Below are positions 9,305-19,330 of a stretch of DNA of 64,000 bases, one piece after another. The position numbers were made by a program, and so were the translations under genes. The stretch spans positions 2,720,001-2,784,000 of the forward strand of contig OZ251518.1 in assembly GCA_965242965.1 (NCBI GenBank). The letters run 5' to 3'. Each line of letters opens with the position of its first letter. Within the stretch, counting starts at the first letter, position 1. Source of the stretch: Candidatus Poribacteria bacterium. Its GTDB lineage: Bacteria > Poribacteria > WGA-4E > WGA-3G. A model generated the notes under the pieces. That model did no database searches. It saw nothing but the letters and a program-made list of their open reading frames with translations, and was not told where the DNA came from.

Positions 9305-10504
9305 GTGATTGCACCAGATACGTTATTGAACGCCTCGCGAACAACAAAAAATTACGATGCCATCGTTATCGGTGCAGGCGGGATGGGCAGCGCGACAGCC
9401 TATCATCTCGCCAAAGCTGGCGCGAAGGTGCTGGTTTTGGAACAGTTCCAGCGCGGGCACACCTTCGGCAGCTCGCACGGCGAGACGCGCATCATTCGGC
9501 TATTCTACGATAAGCCGTTCTACACCGAGTTGATGAAATCCGCCTACGCCGAATGGCGCTCCGTGGAAACCGAGGCAGGCATTCCTTTGCTTTTCACTAC
9601 AGGGAGTATCAGTCTCGGCGTTGCAGGTAATCACTATAGCATGGCCACGCGCGATAGTTTGACGGCAGCAGGGGTTGCCGCCGAGGTGTGGGATGCGCCA
9701 CAACTGGCGCGCCGTTTCCCGCAATTTCAGGTGCCGGAGGAGATGGACATCCTCTGGCAGCAAGATAGCGGATTCCTCCATGCAGCCGCCTGTGTCTCAA
9801 CGCTTTTGCAGTTGGCAGAACGCCACGGCGCAGTTATCCGAGAGAACACCCCTGTCACCCGAATAGACTGGCAGGCAGACATGCCACGGGTTGAGACGAA
9901 AGCAGGACGCTTTCACGCCAGAAAACTCATCGTGACAGCAGGAGCGTGGACAAGTTCGCTGCTCGCCGAATTGAATCTCCCGCTTACTGTGACACGGCAA
10001 CAAGTATGCTATTACCGTCCGGCGGATGCTGCCGATTTTCAGCCAAACACCGGGAGACACGGTTTGAAATCGCGCGCGCCTTTTCCTGTCTTCGTTGAGG
10101 TAACCGCGGAGAACGAATTTTTCTACGGCATCCCTTATTTCGGAAAAAACGGCGTAAAAGTGGCACGGCACGGAGGGGGACAGCCCATCTCTGCGGATGC
10201 CTGCAACCGCACCCCCGATGCTGATTACATTCAGCGGCTAGATACCTATGTGCAGCAGCGCATCCCGGCACTCGGCAAAGCGGTTCACGCCGAGGGGTGC
10301 CTCTATACCGAAACCCCGGACGAAGATTTCATCATTGACGCGCATCCCGACTGTCCCGATGTGCTGATAGCCGCTGGGTTTTCTGGACACGGGTTTAAGT
10401 TCTGTGCCCTTGTCGGCCGCATTCTGCAAGCATTGACGCAGAGTGGCAAAACGGAGTTTGACATCAGCCATTTTTCCATTCGGCGGTTGATAGCCGACGA
10501 CTAA
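9305..10504 (+). CDS. solA: N-methyl-L-tryptophan / monomeric sarcosine oxidase family FAD oxidase
   Basis: Motifs 'IVIGAGGMGSA', 'GSSHGETRIIR', 'CLYT.TPD.DFIID' and 'GFSGHGFKF'. Exact start uncertain. Confidence 0.85.
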   Translation: MIAPDTLLNASRTTKNYDAIVIGAGGMGSATAYHLAKAGAKVLVLEQFQRGHTFGSSHGETRIIRLFYDKPFYTELMKSAYAEWRSVETEAGIPLLFTTGSISLGVAGNHYSMATRDSLTAAGVAAEVWDAPQLARRFPQFQVPEEMDILWQQDSGFLHAAACVSTLLQLAERHGAVIRENTPVTRIDWQADMPRVETKAGRFHARKLIVTAGAWTSSLLAELNLPLTVTRQQVCYYRPADAADFQPNTGRHGLKSRAPFPVFVEVTAENEFFYGIPYFGKNGVKVARHGGGQPISADACNRTPDADYIQRLDTYVQQRIPALGKAVHAEGCLYTETPDEDFIIDAHPDCPDVLIAAGFSGHGFKFCALVGRILQALTQSGKTEFDISHFSIRRLIADD

Positions 10505-10506
10505 GT

Positions 10507-10535
10507 TGCCAATGGCGAGGAAATATGTTATGATT
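10507..10535 (+). promoter_or_regulatory. sigma70-type promoter
   Basis: TTGCCA-17 bp-TATGAT, followed by RBS AGGAGG before 10581. Confidence 0.55.
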
Positions 10536-10580
10536 TTGATGACAAAATCTTAGTCATGAGAAGGAGGTTGTTAAAAAAAA

Positions 10581-11642
10581 ATGGCACCCTTACGTGATAA
10601 ACCACCAAAATCGCCGGTTGAATTTATCATCGGCGTTGACGACAACGGGCACGAGATAACGGAGACTTGCGCGTTAGCCGATGTATTTTTCCCGACGTTG
10701 GGCATGTCTAACCATCCACTCTTCATTGATTTCAACAAAAAGGTGTTAGACAAATACCGGCAAGCCGCCGAGGGATACCTGCTTTGGGATATGTGCGTCG
10801 CGAGTCCCATCCACAATTGGAGCATTCCGATTGACAGTTATCACGACGACAAAGTGAAAGTCCTGTTGGGGTATCTGTCAGAGCTGCCGTATGCAGAGCA
10901 ACTGCATTGGCGCGCGCACAACATCCCGCCAAACGGCGGCGTGAGCGAGGCATATTATCAACTCTACATAAAGAGTTTCCCCTTCCGGGACGCGCAGCAT
11001 CCGCAAATCTGGTTCCGAGATGCATACTATCAGCTGCAGGCGAAGTGCTCTGAATATCTTGGCTGGCAGTTGTTGCTGCCGCCACAACCCGATGCGGAGC
11101 ACTACATCGCCGATTTGACGCTGCCTGCACCTGACGAACATCGAGATTTTGACGCGTTGGTGACAAGCCTTTGCGCGCTTTGCATTGACTCGCTGAACCT
11201 CTCAAGACTCAAAAAATTAGGAACAGCCGAAGGGAAGCGTGCTGTGACGCAACGCCAGCATGTCTTGTCCAAGCGTTACCAGCAGACATTAGCAGAAAAG
11301 GATACCCTCGCCTATTTCTTGGAGATTTTGTCCTCCCGGGAGGCCGCCCTTCGCGATTACTGCTATTTTATGTTGGAACTCCAACGACTCCGCTGCACAA
11401 GCGCGGCGTATCGCAAAAGTAGCAACTACCGCCAGATTGCCGATGACTTCGGGGTTGACAACCGGAACCTTCAGACGGTATTTGCGGGCATCCTCACGCA
11501 AGCGAGCAGCCTCGTCACCCATTTTTGTTCACTAGTGACGAGGGTGTTTCATAACTCCGTTTCGGTAGTTATCCCTCCTTCGGGGAGGGCGAATACCGAT
11601 AGAAAAGCGAGGCGGTGCCGTGCATCGGGCCCACCTCTGTAG
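10581..11642 (+). CDS. Hypothetical protein; last ~34 codons are read from a MITE (probably 3'-truncated)
   Basis: Good RBS. The ORF runs into the TIR at 11540 and ends in repeat-derived peptide 'RVFHNSVSVVIPP...'. Confidence 0.7.
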   Translation: MAPLRDKPPKSPVEFIIGVDDNGHEITETCALADVFFPTLGMSNHPLFIDFNKKVLDKYRQAAEGYLLWDMCVASPIHNWSIPIDSYHDDKVKVLLGYLSELPYAEQLHWRAHNIPPNGGVSEAYYQLYIKSFPFRDAQHPQIWFRDAYYQLQAKCSEYLGWQLLLPPQPDAEHYIADLTLPAPDEHRDFDALVTSLCALCIDSLNLSRLKKLGTAEGKRAVTQRQHVLSKRYQQTLAEKDTLAYFLEILSSREAALRDYCYFMLELQRLRCTSAAYRKSSNYRQIADDFGVDNRNLQTVFAGILTQASSLVTHFCSLVTRVFHNSVSVVIPPSGRANTDRKARRCRASGPPL

Positions 11643-11823
11643 TTCGGGAGCGCCCGCTCCCGAACAGGTCAAGATCAGGCGATCTTGACCTACAGGGGTG
11701 AGACGGTCTGACACCAAAACGCATGGCGAGGGACAGGCCCTCGCCCTACGTGAAGGGGAAGCGTTTTTTATCGTATCGCGGGGGCCTGTCCCTGCGACGT
11801 TGAACTATTTATGAAACCCCCTC
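11540..11823. mobile_element. MITE-like element, close relative of 5730-5998, no target duplication
   Basis: TIRs GAGGGTGTTTCATA and TATGAAACCCCCTC. Flanks differ (CTAGTGAC vs AATTTATT). Confidence 0.8.
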
Positions 11824-11867
11824 AATTTATTCACCGCCCTGCCCGGGCGGTTAACAGGTGAAACACT

Positions 11868-13352
11868 ATGGAAAAACGAACAAAAATCATTCTCATCGCC
11901 GTTATCTGCATCGCGCTACTTCTCGTCGCGTTCTTTCTCTTTGTGCCAAGGGATTCGGAACGGACTGTGGCGGCCCCTGCACCGCCGCGGGAAGTGACAC
12001 CGATTCCATTACCGCCGCCGAGCCCTTCAACCATCGCAGTGAAGGCGGAATTGCCCATCGCCGAAGTCAGACAGAAAGCCGCATCAGCCCTCAGCGACTA
12101 TCTCCGCAAACCCATCCAGCGGGAAGACATTGTCAAGGGCATCACTATTGAATCTTTCGTCAACCTCATGCCGGGCACGATGACGATGACGAGCGCCCCA
12201 GACAGCACCATCTCGGTGCAAATGCCGTTTCAGTTTAAGGGCTGGGCACGTGCATCTAAAAAAGTGCTCGGGCAAGTGATTCGGCAGCGCGAGGATTTCA
12301 CAGGCAAGGCAACAGCGACGCTAACTCTGACATTAAGACTTGATTCAGATTGGAGCATCCGGCCGGAAAGTGAACTTGAGATTGTGATTCAGGAGGCGAC
12401 ACTCCGCTTCTGGGGTATCCCTATCTCCATTCGGAGCATCTTTACGCGATTGGTGGAAGATGTCGTTGCCCCGAAATTAGAGGAACTGATTGTGAAACAT
12501 ATCGCCCGCGTTGATGTGAAGACGCGCGTCGCGAGCGTATGGGAACGCCTCCAAGAACCGACAAAAGTCCGAGAAGAACCGCCTATCGTCCTTGTCATGG
12601 AACCGTTAGAAATCGCCTCGCAACATCTGTCCGGTAACGAGGAAACCCTCTTTATCAGCCTTGGGATAAGAACCTATATTCAGGTGCTCATCGGGGATAT
12701 CGCCGCGTCGCGACTTGAAGACGCGCCACTGGCACTGAAACCGCTGCCAGACTTACAATTTGTGGACGCGCTTGAATCAGGTTACCACATTCTCGCGCCT
12801 ATTGAAGTCGCTTACACTGCCATTGAAAGATTGGCGGAGCCGCATGTGGAGAAGGCGCATGACTTGAGAGGTATTGAAACACACGTCGAAACCTTGTCCC
12901 TTTACGGAAGCGGAAATCAACTCGTCGCTGGTGTCGCCTTTAACATGCCCGCGTTTGACGCGCGTGGACAACTCTACCTCCTCGGAACGCCGGTATACGA
13001 TGCAACGACGATGTCCATCGCTGTCACCGAATTCAATTATGCGCTGACAACGCAAAGCCTGTTGCTGGAATTCGCAGAGGATATCGGCGAAGGCATCTTT
13101 CCAAACCTACGGACAACAGTTGAGGAAAAACTGGTTTTCTCACTCGAAGAACGGTTGACAGATTTGCGAGATATGTTAGTGCGTGTCATCGAAAACCGCC
13201 AGATTGGTTCCTATGTCACCTTGCGCGGGACAGTCGATTCGGTTACCCCGGAGGCACTCTATTTGACGCAAACCGGCTTACGCGTGCCTTTCCGTTTGCA
13301 GGGTAGTCTCTCTTGCGAAGTGCACTTGGGCGAAACCGGACCAACCGAGTAG
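11868..13352 (+). CDS. DUF4403-like membrane-anchored protein
   Basis: N-terminal TM helix, Pro-rich linker, 'PSTIAV..ELPI' and 'GQLYLLGTPVYD' segments that resemble DUF4403. Confidence 0.6.
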   Translation: MEKRTKIILIAVICIALLLVAFFLFVPRDSERTVAAPAPPREVTPIPLPPPSPSTIAVKAELPIAEVRQKAASALSDYLRKPIQREDIVKGITIESFVNLMPGTMTMTSAPDSTISVQMPFQFKGWARASKKVLGQVIRQREDFTGKATATLTLTLRLDSDWSIRPESELEIVIQEATLRFWGIPISIRSIFTRLVEDVVAPKLEELIVKHIARVDVKTRVASVWERLQEPTKVREEPPIVLVMEPLEIASQHLSGNEETLFISLGIRTYIQVLIGDIAASRLEDAPLALKPLPDLQFVDALESGYHILAPIEVAYTAIERLAEPHVEKAHDLRGIETHVETLSLYGSGNQLVAGVAFNMPAFDARGQLYLLGTPVYDATTMSIAVTEFNYALTTQSLLLEFAEDIGEGIFPNLRTTVEEKLVFSLEERLTDLRDMLVRVIENRQIGSYVTLRGTVDSVTPEALYLTQTGLRVPFRLQGSLSCEVHLGETGPTE

Positions 13353-13379
13353 GTCTTTCCTTAAAATCATATTTTAATT

Positions 13380-14320
13380 GAGGGTGTTTCATATCTTGAA
13401 GTCTTCCCAGTAGGAGAGACCTCGGGGCTCGATTTCCTGTAGGAGAGACCTCCCGGTCTCGATGTTCCCGCAGCGCGGGGGACAGGCCCCGCGAGCGTTG
13501 ATTTGCTGTCATAGTCTGGGGATCTACGGTAACGGGACGATTTCTTCACGTTCGCGGGGGACAGGCCCCGCGCTACGGGAACGGGACGGTTTCTTGGCAG
13601 CAGAACGGCCCCCTTTCACCGTAGGGCGAGGGCCTGTCCCTCTCCATGCTGCGGTTCATCAAACCGCTCTTTTAGGTCCGTAGGACCTTAATGTCTATAG
13701 CTCCTCGCGCAGCGAAACCTCTTAAGGTCTGTAGGACCTTAATGTGCGCCGCACCACGTGACTTGCATGCTATTAAGGTCCTAACGGACCTTGAAAACGG
13801 GCCGACACGTGTGGCTATAGACATGCAGGACCTAAAGGACCTGAAGAGACGTTTTTTTCAAAAGAGATTTCGCCGCTGCAAGGGAGAGCATCTTGTGAAT
13901 CCTGAGTCAGACAACTAACGGAGATCGAGAGATCGCGAGGGACAGGCCCTCGCGCTACGGTAATCGGGGCATGGTTTGCTGCACGCGAGGGACAGGCCCT
14001 CGCGCTCCCCCTCTGTAGTTTGCGATCGCCTGATCGCGATCAGGTCAAGAGCAGGCGCTCTTGACCTACAGACAGCGATGCTCAATTACCGTAGGGCGGG
14101 GGCCTGTCCCCCGCCGTGCCCGGGATGCGATGAAAGTTCGCGAGGGACAGGCCCTCGCGCTACGGGAATCGGGACGTGGTTTGCTGCACGCGCGGGACAG
14201 GCCCCCGCGCGCTCCCTCTGTAGTTTGCGATCGCCTGATCGCAATCGGGTCAAGAGCAGGCTCTTGACCTACAAACTACGGTAATCGAGCGATCGCGAGG
14301 GACAGGCCCTCGCGCTACGG
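13380..14320. repeat. REP cluster starting with a lone TIR; includes the four-box module at 13674-13843
   Basis: GAGGGTGTTTCATA at 13380, many GTAG palindromes, and an internal ~200-bp duplication (13930-14320). Confidence 0.9.
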
Positions 14321-14351
14321 TGACAAGGACCGTTTTTTTGCAACCAAAACC

Positions 14352-14420
14352 TTGACAAAAACGTTAAAAAACATTAAAATCACATTTTAATTTGACAAAC
14401 GCGCGAAAATGTGGTATAAT
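14352..14420 (+). promoter_or_regulatory. Two tandem sigma70 promoters
   Basis: TTGACA(14352)-17-TAAAAT(14375) and TTGACA(14392)-17-TATAAT(14415). Confidence 0.8.
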
Positions 14421-14426
14421 ATATTC

Positions 14427-14989
14427 ATTACACAAATTTGGTGCGATAGTAACCCTCATCAACGAAAAAGGAGCGCGAAACATGACATCTCAAATCGCTT
14501 GCATTTCCGCGGATATGCCGAAGTGTCTGCATCCGACGTGCCAGCCGCATCGGCTGCGCGCCGTGTCTCCATTTGCGCGTCCAGTTGATGACACCGCACT
14601 AAACATAAGTTCGATTTACCCCCCCCGTCCTATATGTCCGTTAACCCGTGACGTTATCGGCGGGAAGGCGATTCGGGGGAATATCTCATCTGAATCCCAA
14701 CCCAAAACCCGCGTGCTTTGCACGCGCATATCTTCTTTTGCCTCGTGGCACGCGCTCGCCTTCGCGAGCTCGCTCTTGCCACGGGGATTTTTGCGTTGCA
14801 TCGTCCGATGCAACGGTTACCAGCGTTGTTCCGGGGAAACTTCACTCCCCACTAGGGGTATTAAGGGGCAGGATAACCGTGGGCACCCGCCCACGGTTAT
14901 CTTGTTTTCTCCGAAACACGCGCGCCTTTCGCCTACCGAGGCGGGAGTCCCCTATTCATTTGATTTTCATAACTCTTGGAGGAATTTGA
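14427..14989 (+). promoter_or_regulatory. Long leader with uORF (ATG 14482), C8 tract and hairpins
   Basis: RBS AAGGAG. C8 at 14619-14626. Hairpins at 14794-14815 and 14872-14901. Similar to the leader at 49453-50080. Confidence 0.55.
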
Positions 14990-17900
14990 ATGAAAAGCAA
15001 ATCGCTTTTTTCCTTAAGTTTACTACTGCTGTTTGCCGGGATAGTTGCCATGATGGGAACACCGACAGACGTGCAAGCACAACTCTTGATTGATAGCATC
15101 AGGATTTACGTGAATCCTGACATGGTTGCGCCCGAGAACGACAACACGCCAAATAATTTTGCTGAGGGGTGGGTACCGTCAAATAATTTTGATGGCCAAA
15201 TCGCGGCCATTGATAATTTTGAGGAGGGAACGCTTCAAGGGGGCATCTTAATCGATGAATCAAACGCGCACTCGGCGGGAGCAGATGCTTTCACCGCGAA
15301 CGCGGGCGATATCATCGCCATCGCATTTAGGCTGCAAGAGGCTGGAACGAGCACCAGGATGGTATCGCATATAAATCTAGCCTTCGATACGTTAGGGCGA
15401 CCACATTCTCCACACATGTTTAATGGAGAGTCCTATCGGAACACTCGAGGCCCTAGCCGTTTCCTACAAACTTCAGGTGGAGCCAAGGTGAATGTAACTC
15501 CAAACACCTATTTTACCGCGGTCTACCTCTACCAAGTGAGGTCAGGAGACAGCGATGTGAACGGTGATTGGATTAGTCGTCGTCCAGGGACCAGCGGTAG
15601 GACCAATGACGGGCCCTTCATCAGATATGATGGGCCTCCGCTCGTTGAAATTCCCGCCAGTGCCACTGTCCACTATCCCAGGATAGATGGTAGCGTTTCG
15701 ACGATTCCTCAGGTGACGCGCCTGACGATAAACAGTCCGCCCGCCGGGCAGTCAGGACGCTCCCGCTATTACAAAGTCCGCCAAGAGTGTTTGGATCATC
15801 AACGAAAATACGGGGATGTCTACACGACTGCTTGTGAGTTAGTGCAGGACCACGGCTGGGCTCTTCCCAACGATCCGACTCATCCGGTGACGCTAGCCAA
15901 TAGCCTGCCGACTGCCTTTTTCAAAGCCGGCGACACGATAGAATTTCAGTTGCATTTTAGCGAAGAGGTGATTGTGACAGGGGCTCCAATCCTAGAGCTC
16001 ATGCTTGATGGGGGGACCGGACGGATGCACTACGTATCCGGGAGTGGGGCAACGACACTTACCTTCCGATACACAGTGCAACAAGGCGATACGGCTTTCG
16101 GTGGCATCGCGGCTTGGAATGCTTGGGGTAACATCAGGGATGGCAATAGCATCGAAGATATGTCAGGGCATAAAGTGAATAGCGTTACCCGGGACGTTGA
16201 ATCGGCGATTCGGGCATTTTTTGCCGGTCAAGAGGGCATCAGGGCGGAGGAGGCTCATCCCTGGTTAGACCCGCCAGGTGCCCACTGGAAAAAGTATGCC
16301 ACCGGTATCGCTGAATACCTTGTGGATACTGTTCCCCCGACGGTGTGGATTCCCGGCTTGATAAAGAATGGGGAGACACACACCGACGATAGACGGAATA
16401 CGTTTGTGAGTGTGGAACCGACTTATCTTGCTGTCCCCACATTTACGGAGGCAGATCTCCGAGCGTCTATTACGGAAAGTGAATCACAGACAGATGCCTT
16501 TGATGTGGAATTCCGCTTTTTCAATTGGGACGGCGGGGCATTAGCCGACGAAGTGGGGATAAGTTTTACCGGCGATGATGTGGAGATCACGGGGGCGAAT
16601 GTGGAGCGAGCCGATTGGGCGGTTGAAACTACCTATATCGGGTTAGACCATCGTGCTACCAATCAGTGGCCGCCTACCGACAGATCGGGGCAGCTAGCGG
16701 GTTCAGCCCATAAGCCAGGGCATGCAAAAAACTCCGCGTCGTTCCTCGTCTACAAGGCGACAATTCGTCCGGCCCTGGGTTTTCAGGGCAACGTGTCCAT
16801 CAGTTTGCCGGCGGGTGCTACCCAAGATATCGCCGGCAACGACAGTTATGCCTCAAATACGTTGACAGTGCCCGTGAGCAATCCATTGCGCGTGGTGGAA
16901 ACGCCGGAGATTGTCGTGCCTCCCGCCGGTGTCCATACCGCCGGGGATAAGATTGAAGTGGAAGTGACGTATGACAAGGATAATCTCCGCTATGAAGGCG
17001 ACAACCCGCCGTATCTCACGCTGTATCTCGGCGAAGAAGTGCCGGCAAATGCTCGGCATGCTGTCTGGAGTGCCTCAGAAGACACGAATTCGACGAAAGT
17101 AACGTTCGCGTATACGGTGGCAGCAACGGACACGGTGGCAGAGGCAGTGCGTGTCCCTTCCGTCAAGATAATGGTTCCTGAAGAGACGAGTTTGCTTTCT
17201 GGTTCCCTCGGTGCGTCGGCTGAGCGGCAGTCTGGGACAGAGGAGCCTGCGGCGGCATCTGGCACTGCGCCAAAAACGGTGCCGGTGATAGAGCCGTCGC
17301 CGTTGACAGATACGTCTGGCAGTGAAGTTGCACCGGTAGTTTCGGAGACACCGGTGGTGCCGTATACGCTGATTCCTGAGGAGACAGCACCGAAGGCGGC
17401 CGCCACAGATGTCCCAGAGGATCCGATTGTCTTCAACGAACTCGGCAATGGCAGCGGCGATGCTGATGACTGGCTGGAACTCCGCAATGTGACAGGATCT
17501 GCCGTGTCCTTAAAAGACTGGGAGCTCAGCATCGTGCAGGATGGCAAGAAGGAAGATACCTCCCTGATTGCTTTTGTAGAAGATGTGAGTGTGCCGGCGA
17601 ACGGGTTGTTGCTGATTACCAACAGCGATCCGACGGCGAAAGGCAATGCGCTTGCAGGTGGGGATGATGTAGAGACTGCCGAGGTCGAAACAAAAGGTTC
17701 TTCGCACCTGTATCTTGTCAAATCGGAGTTGTCCCTACCTGACGATGGAAAATTCCTGTTGATTCTCCGGAATGCGCAGAAGAAACTCGGTTTAAACGAG
17801 GCGTTCGTGGATGTCGCCGGTGGCGGCGGCAGTGATACCGATGCATTCGTCCGCGAGCAGACAGGCGACTATGATACGCATGTCTGGCCCTTGCAAGTGC

Positions 17901-19105
17901 TGCAGGCACCCGGTGGTGACACTGAAGATGCCCTCGGTTCAGGCAAAGTCTGGCAGCGCGCCAAGGCGGATATCGTCGGGTATCATCGAGATGCCTGGGC
18001 AGAATCGGCATTCACGGGCATCGGTTATGACAGGAAGGTGACAGAGTCCGCTGCCACTTCCGGCACACCGGGCTATCCGAATGGTGCAGTGAAACCAGGG
18101 TCTGCCACGCCGAAAGGCAGTATCACCTTCAGCGAAATCATGGTGGATTCCGGCGGGCGCACACTGCCGCAGTGGATCGAACTCTACAACAATTCCAAAA
18201 CGGATGCTATCAATCTCAACCGTTGGGAGTTGGAGATTCAGAATGTCGATTCCGAGGATTTAGTCGGCCGCCCGATTGTCACGTTGACACTCGGTGAAAA
18301 AGTGATTCAACCGAATCAAACGTTGCTCATCGTGGCGGGACCGGCGCGTGCATCGTCGGATTCGTATCTGCCGGCGGACAGGGTTTATGATCTGTTGGCA
18401 CTGCATGATAAGAATCTGCGCATCAAAAGCGCGCGCGATACCTTCTTAAGTACCGAAGGGTTCTACCTGCAACTCTCCGATAGGAACGGGAATCTCGTCG
18501 ACGAAGTCGGTAACAGGGACAGCGATCGGCGTTCGGACGATGCACCGGCCTGGGCATTACCGCTGAGTTTTGAGGAAGGTTCTCGGAGTTCCATCATTCG
18601 GCGTTATGACAAGAGTGTTGCGCTGCCGGGACGAAAGCGTGCGAGTTGGGTTTTAGCATCGCGCATCAAGCCATTTGATGAGTCTCTCCATTACGGCCAT
18701 GCTGATGACATCGGCACGCCGGGGCATCGCGAAGGTGGTGCATTACCGGTAGAGTTATCAAGTTTCTCGATGACGCGCACCGAGGCAGGTGCTGTCGTCT
18801 TGACATGGACAACCGAGTCGGAGGTAGACAACGCGGGCTTCAACCTGCGTCGCAGCGAGAAACGCGCGAGTGGTTTCACGCTCTTGAATCCTGCGCTCAT
18901 CGCCGGTGCCGGCACGACAGGTGAACGTCAAACCTACACGTTTACCGATACGTCTGCGAAGCCGGGTGTTGAGTATTACTATCAGATTGAGGAAGTGGCG
19001 TTTGATGGGAAACGGGAAACGTTAGTGACGCGGTTGTTGCCGGGTCCTGTTTCTGCGGCAAATCGGATGCTGACGACGTTTGGCGAGGTGAAGAAAACGA
19101 AGTAA
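14990..19105 (+). CDS. Large secreted adhesin-like protein: Ig-like repeats, two lamin-tail-like domains, C-terminal LPVELSSF domain
   Basis: Signal peptide. 'AGDTIEF...YVSGSG.TTLTFRYTV' type repeats. 'IVFNEL...DWLELRN' and 'ITFSEIM...QWIELYN' domains. Ends 'LTTFGEVKK'. Confidence 0.8.
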   Translation: MKSKSLFSLSLLLLFAGIVAMMGTPTDVQAQLLIDSIRIYVNPDMVAPENDNTPNNFAEGWVPSNNFDGQIAAIDNFEEGTLQGGILIDESNAHSAGADAFTANAGDIIAIAFRLQEAGTSTRMVSHINLAFDTLGRPHSPHMFNGESYRNTRGPSRFLQTSGGAKVNVTPNTYFTAVYLYQVRSGDSDVNGDWISRRPGTSGRTNDGPFIRYDGPPLVEIPASATVHYPRIDGSVSTIPQVTRLTINSPPAGQSGRSRYYKVRQECLDHQRKYGDVYTTACELVQDHGWALPNDPTHPVTLANSLPTAFFKAGDTIEFQLHFSEEVIVTGAPILELMLDGGTGRMHYVSGSGATTLTFRYTVQQGDTAFGGIAAWNAWGNIRDGNSIEDMSGHKVNSVTRDVESAIRAFFAGQEGIRAEEAHPWLDPPGAHWKKYATGIAEYLVDTVPPTVWIPGLIKNGETHTDDRRNTFVSVEPTYLAVPTFTEADLRASITESESQTDAFDVEFRFFNWDGGALADEVGISFTGDDVEITGANVERADWAVETTYIGLDHRATNQWPPTDRSGQLAGSAHKPGHAKNSASFLVYKATIRPALGFQGNVSISLPAGATQDIAGNDSYASNTLTVPVSNPLRVVETPEIVVPPAGVHTAGDKIEVEVTYDKDNLRYEGDNPPYLTLYLGEEVPANARHAVWSASEDTNSTKVTFAYTVAATDTVAEAVRVPSVKIMVPEETSLLSGSLGASAERQSGTEEPAAASGTAPKTVPVIEPSPLTDTSGSEVAPVVSETPVVPYTLIPEETAPKAAATDVPEDPIVFNELGNGSGDADDWLELRNVTGSAVSLKDWELSIVQDGKKEDTSLIAFVEDVSVPANGLLLITNSDPTAKGNALAGGDDVETAEVETKGSSHLYLVKSELSLPDDGKFLLILRNAQKKLGLNEAFVDVAGGGGSDTDAFVREQTGDYDTHVWPLQVLQAPGGDTEDALGSGKVWQRAKADIVGYHRDAWAESAFTGIGYDRKVTESAATSGTPGYPNGAVKPGSATPKGSITFSEIMVDSGGRTLPQWIELYNNSKTDAINLNRWELEIQNVDSEDLVGRPIVTLTLGEKVIQPNQTLLIVAGPARASSDSYLPADRVYDLLALHDKNLRIKSARDTFLSTEGFYLQLSDRNGNLVDEVGNRDSDRRSDDAPAWALPLSFEEGSRSSIIRRYDKSVALPGRKRASWVLASRIKPFDESLHYGHADDIGTPGHREGGALPVELSSFSMTRTEAGAVVLTWTTESEVDNAGFNLRRSEKRASGFTLLNPALIAGAGTTGERQTYTFTDTSAKPGVEYYYQIEEVAFDGKRETLVTRLLPGPVSAANRMLTTFGEVKKTK

Positions 19106-19106
19106 A

Positions 19107-19325
19107 CGTAGCGCGGGGGCCTGTCCCCCGCGAGCTCTCGATTAACGCAGCATGGCGAGGGACAGGCCCTCGCCCTACGATAAAACGGGCCGTTCTTCTC
19201 ACCGTAGCGCGGGGGCCTGTCCCCCGCGATCGTTTCAGGCTCCGAGCGGGTTTCCCCCGCGATCGTTGCATGGCGAGGGACAGGCCCTCGCCCTACGGTA
19301 AAACGGGCCGTTCTTCTCACCGTCT
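19107..19325. repeat. GTAG-REP doublets between convergent genes
   Basis: Two inverted REP pairs. Confidence 0.85.
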
Positions 19326-19330
19326 GCAAT

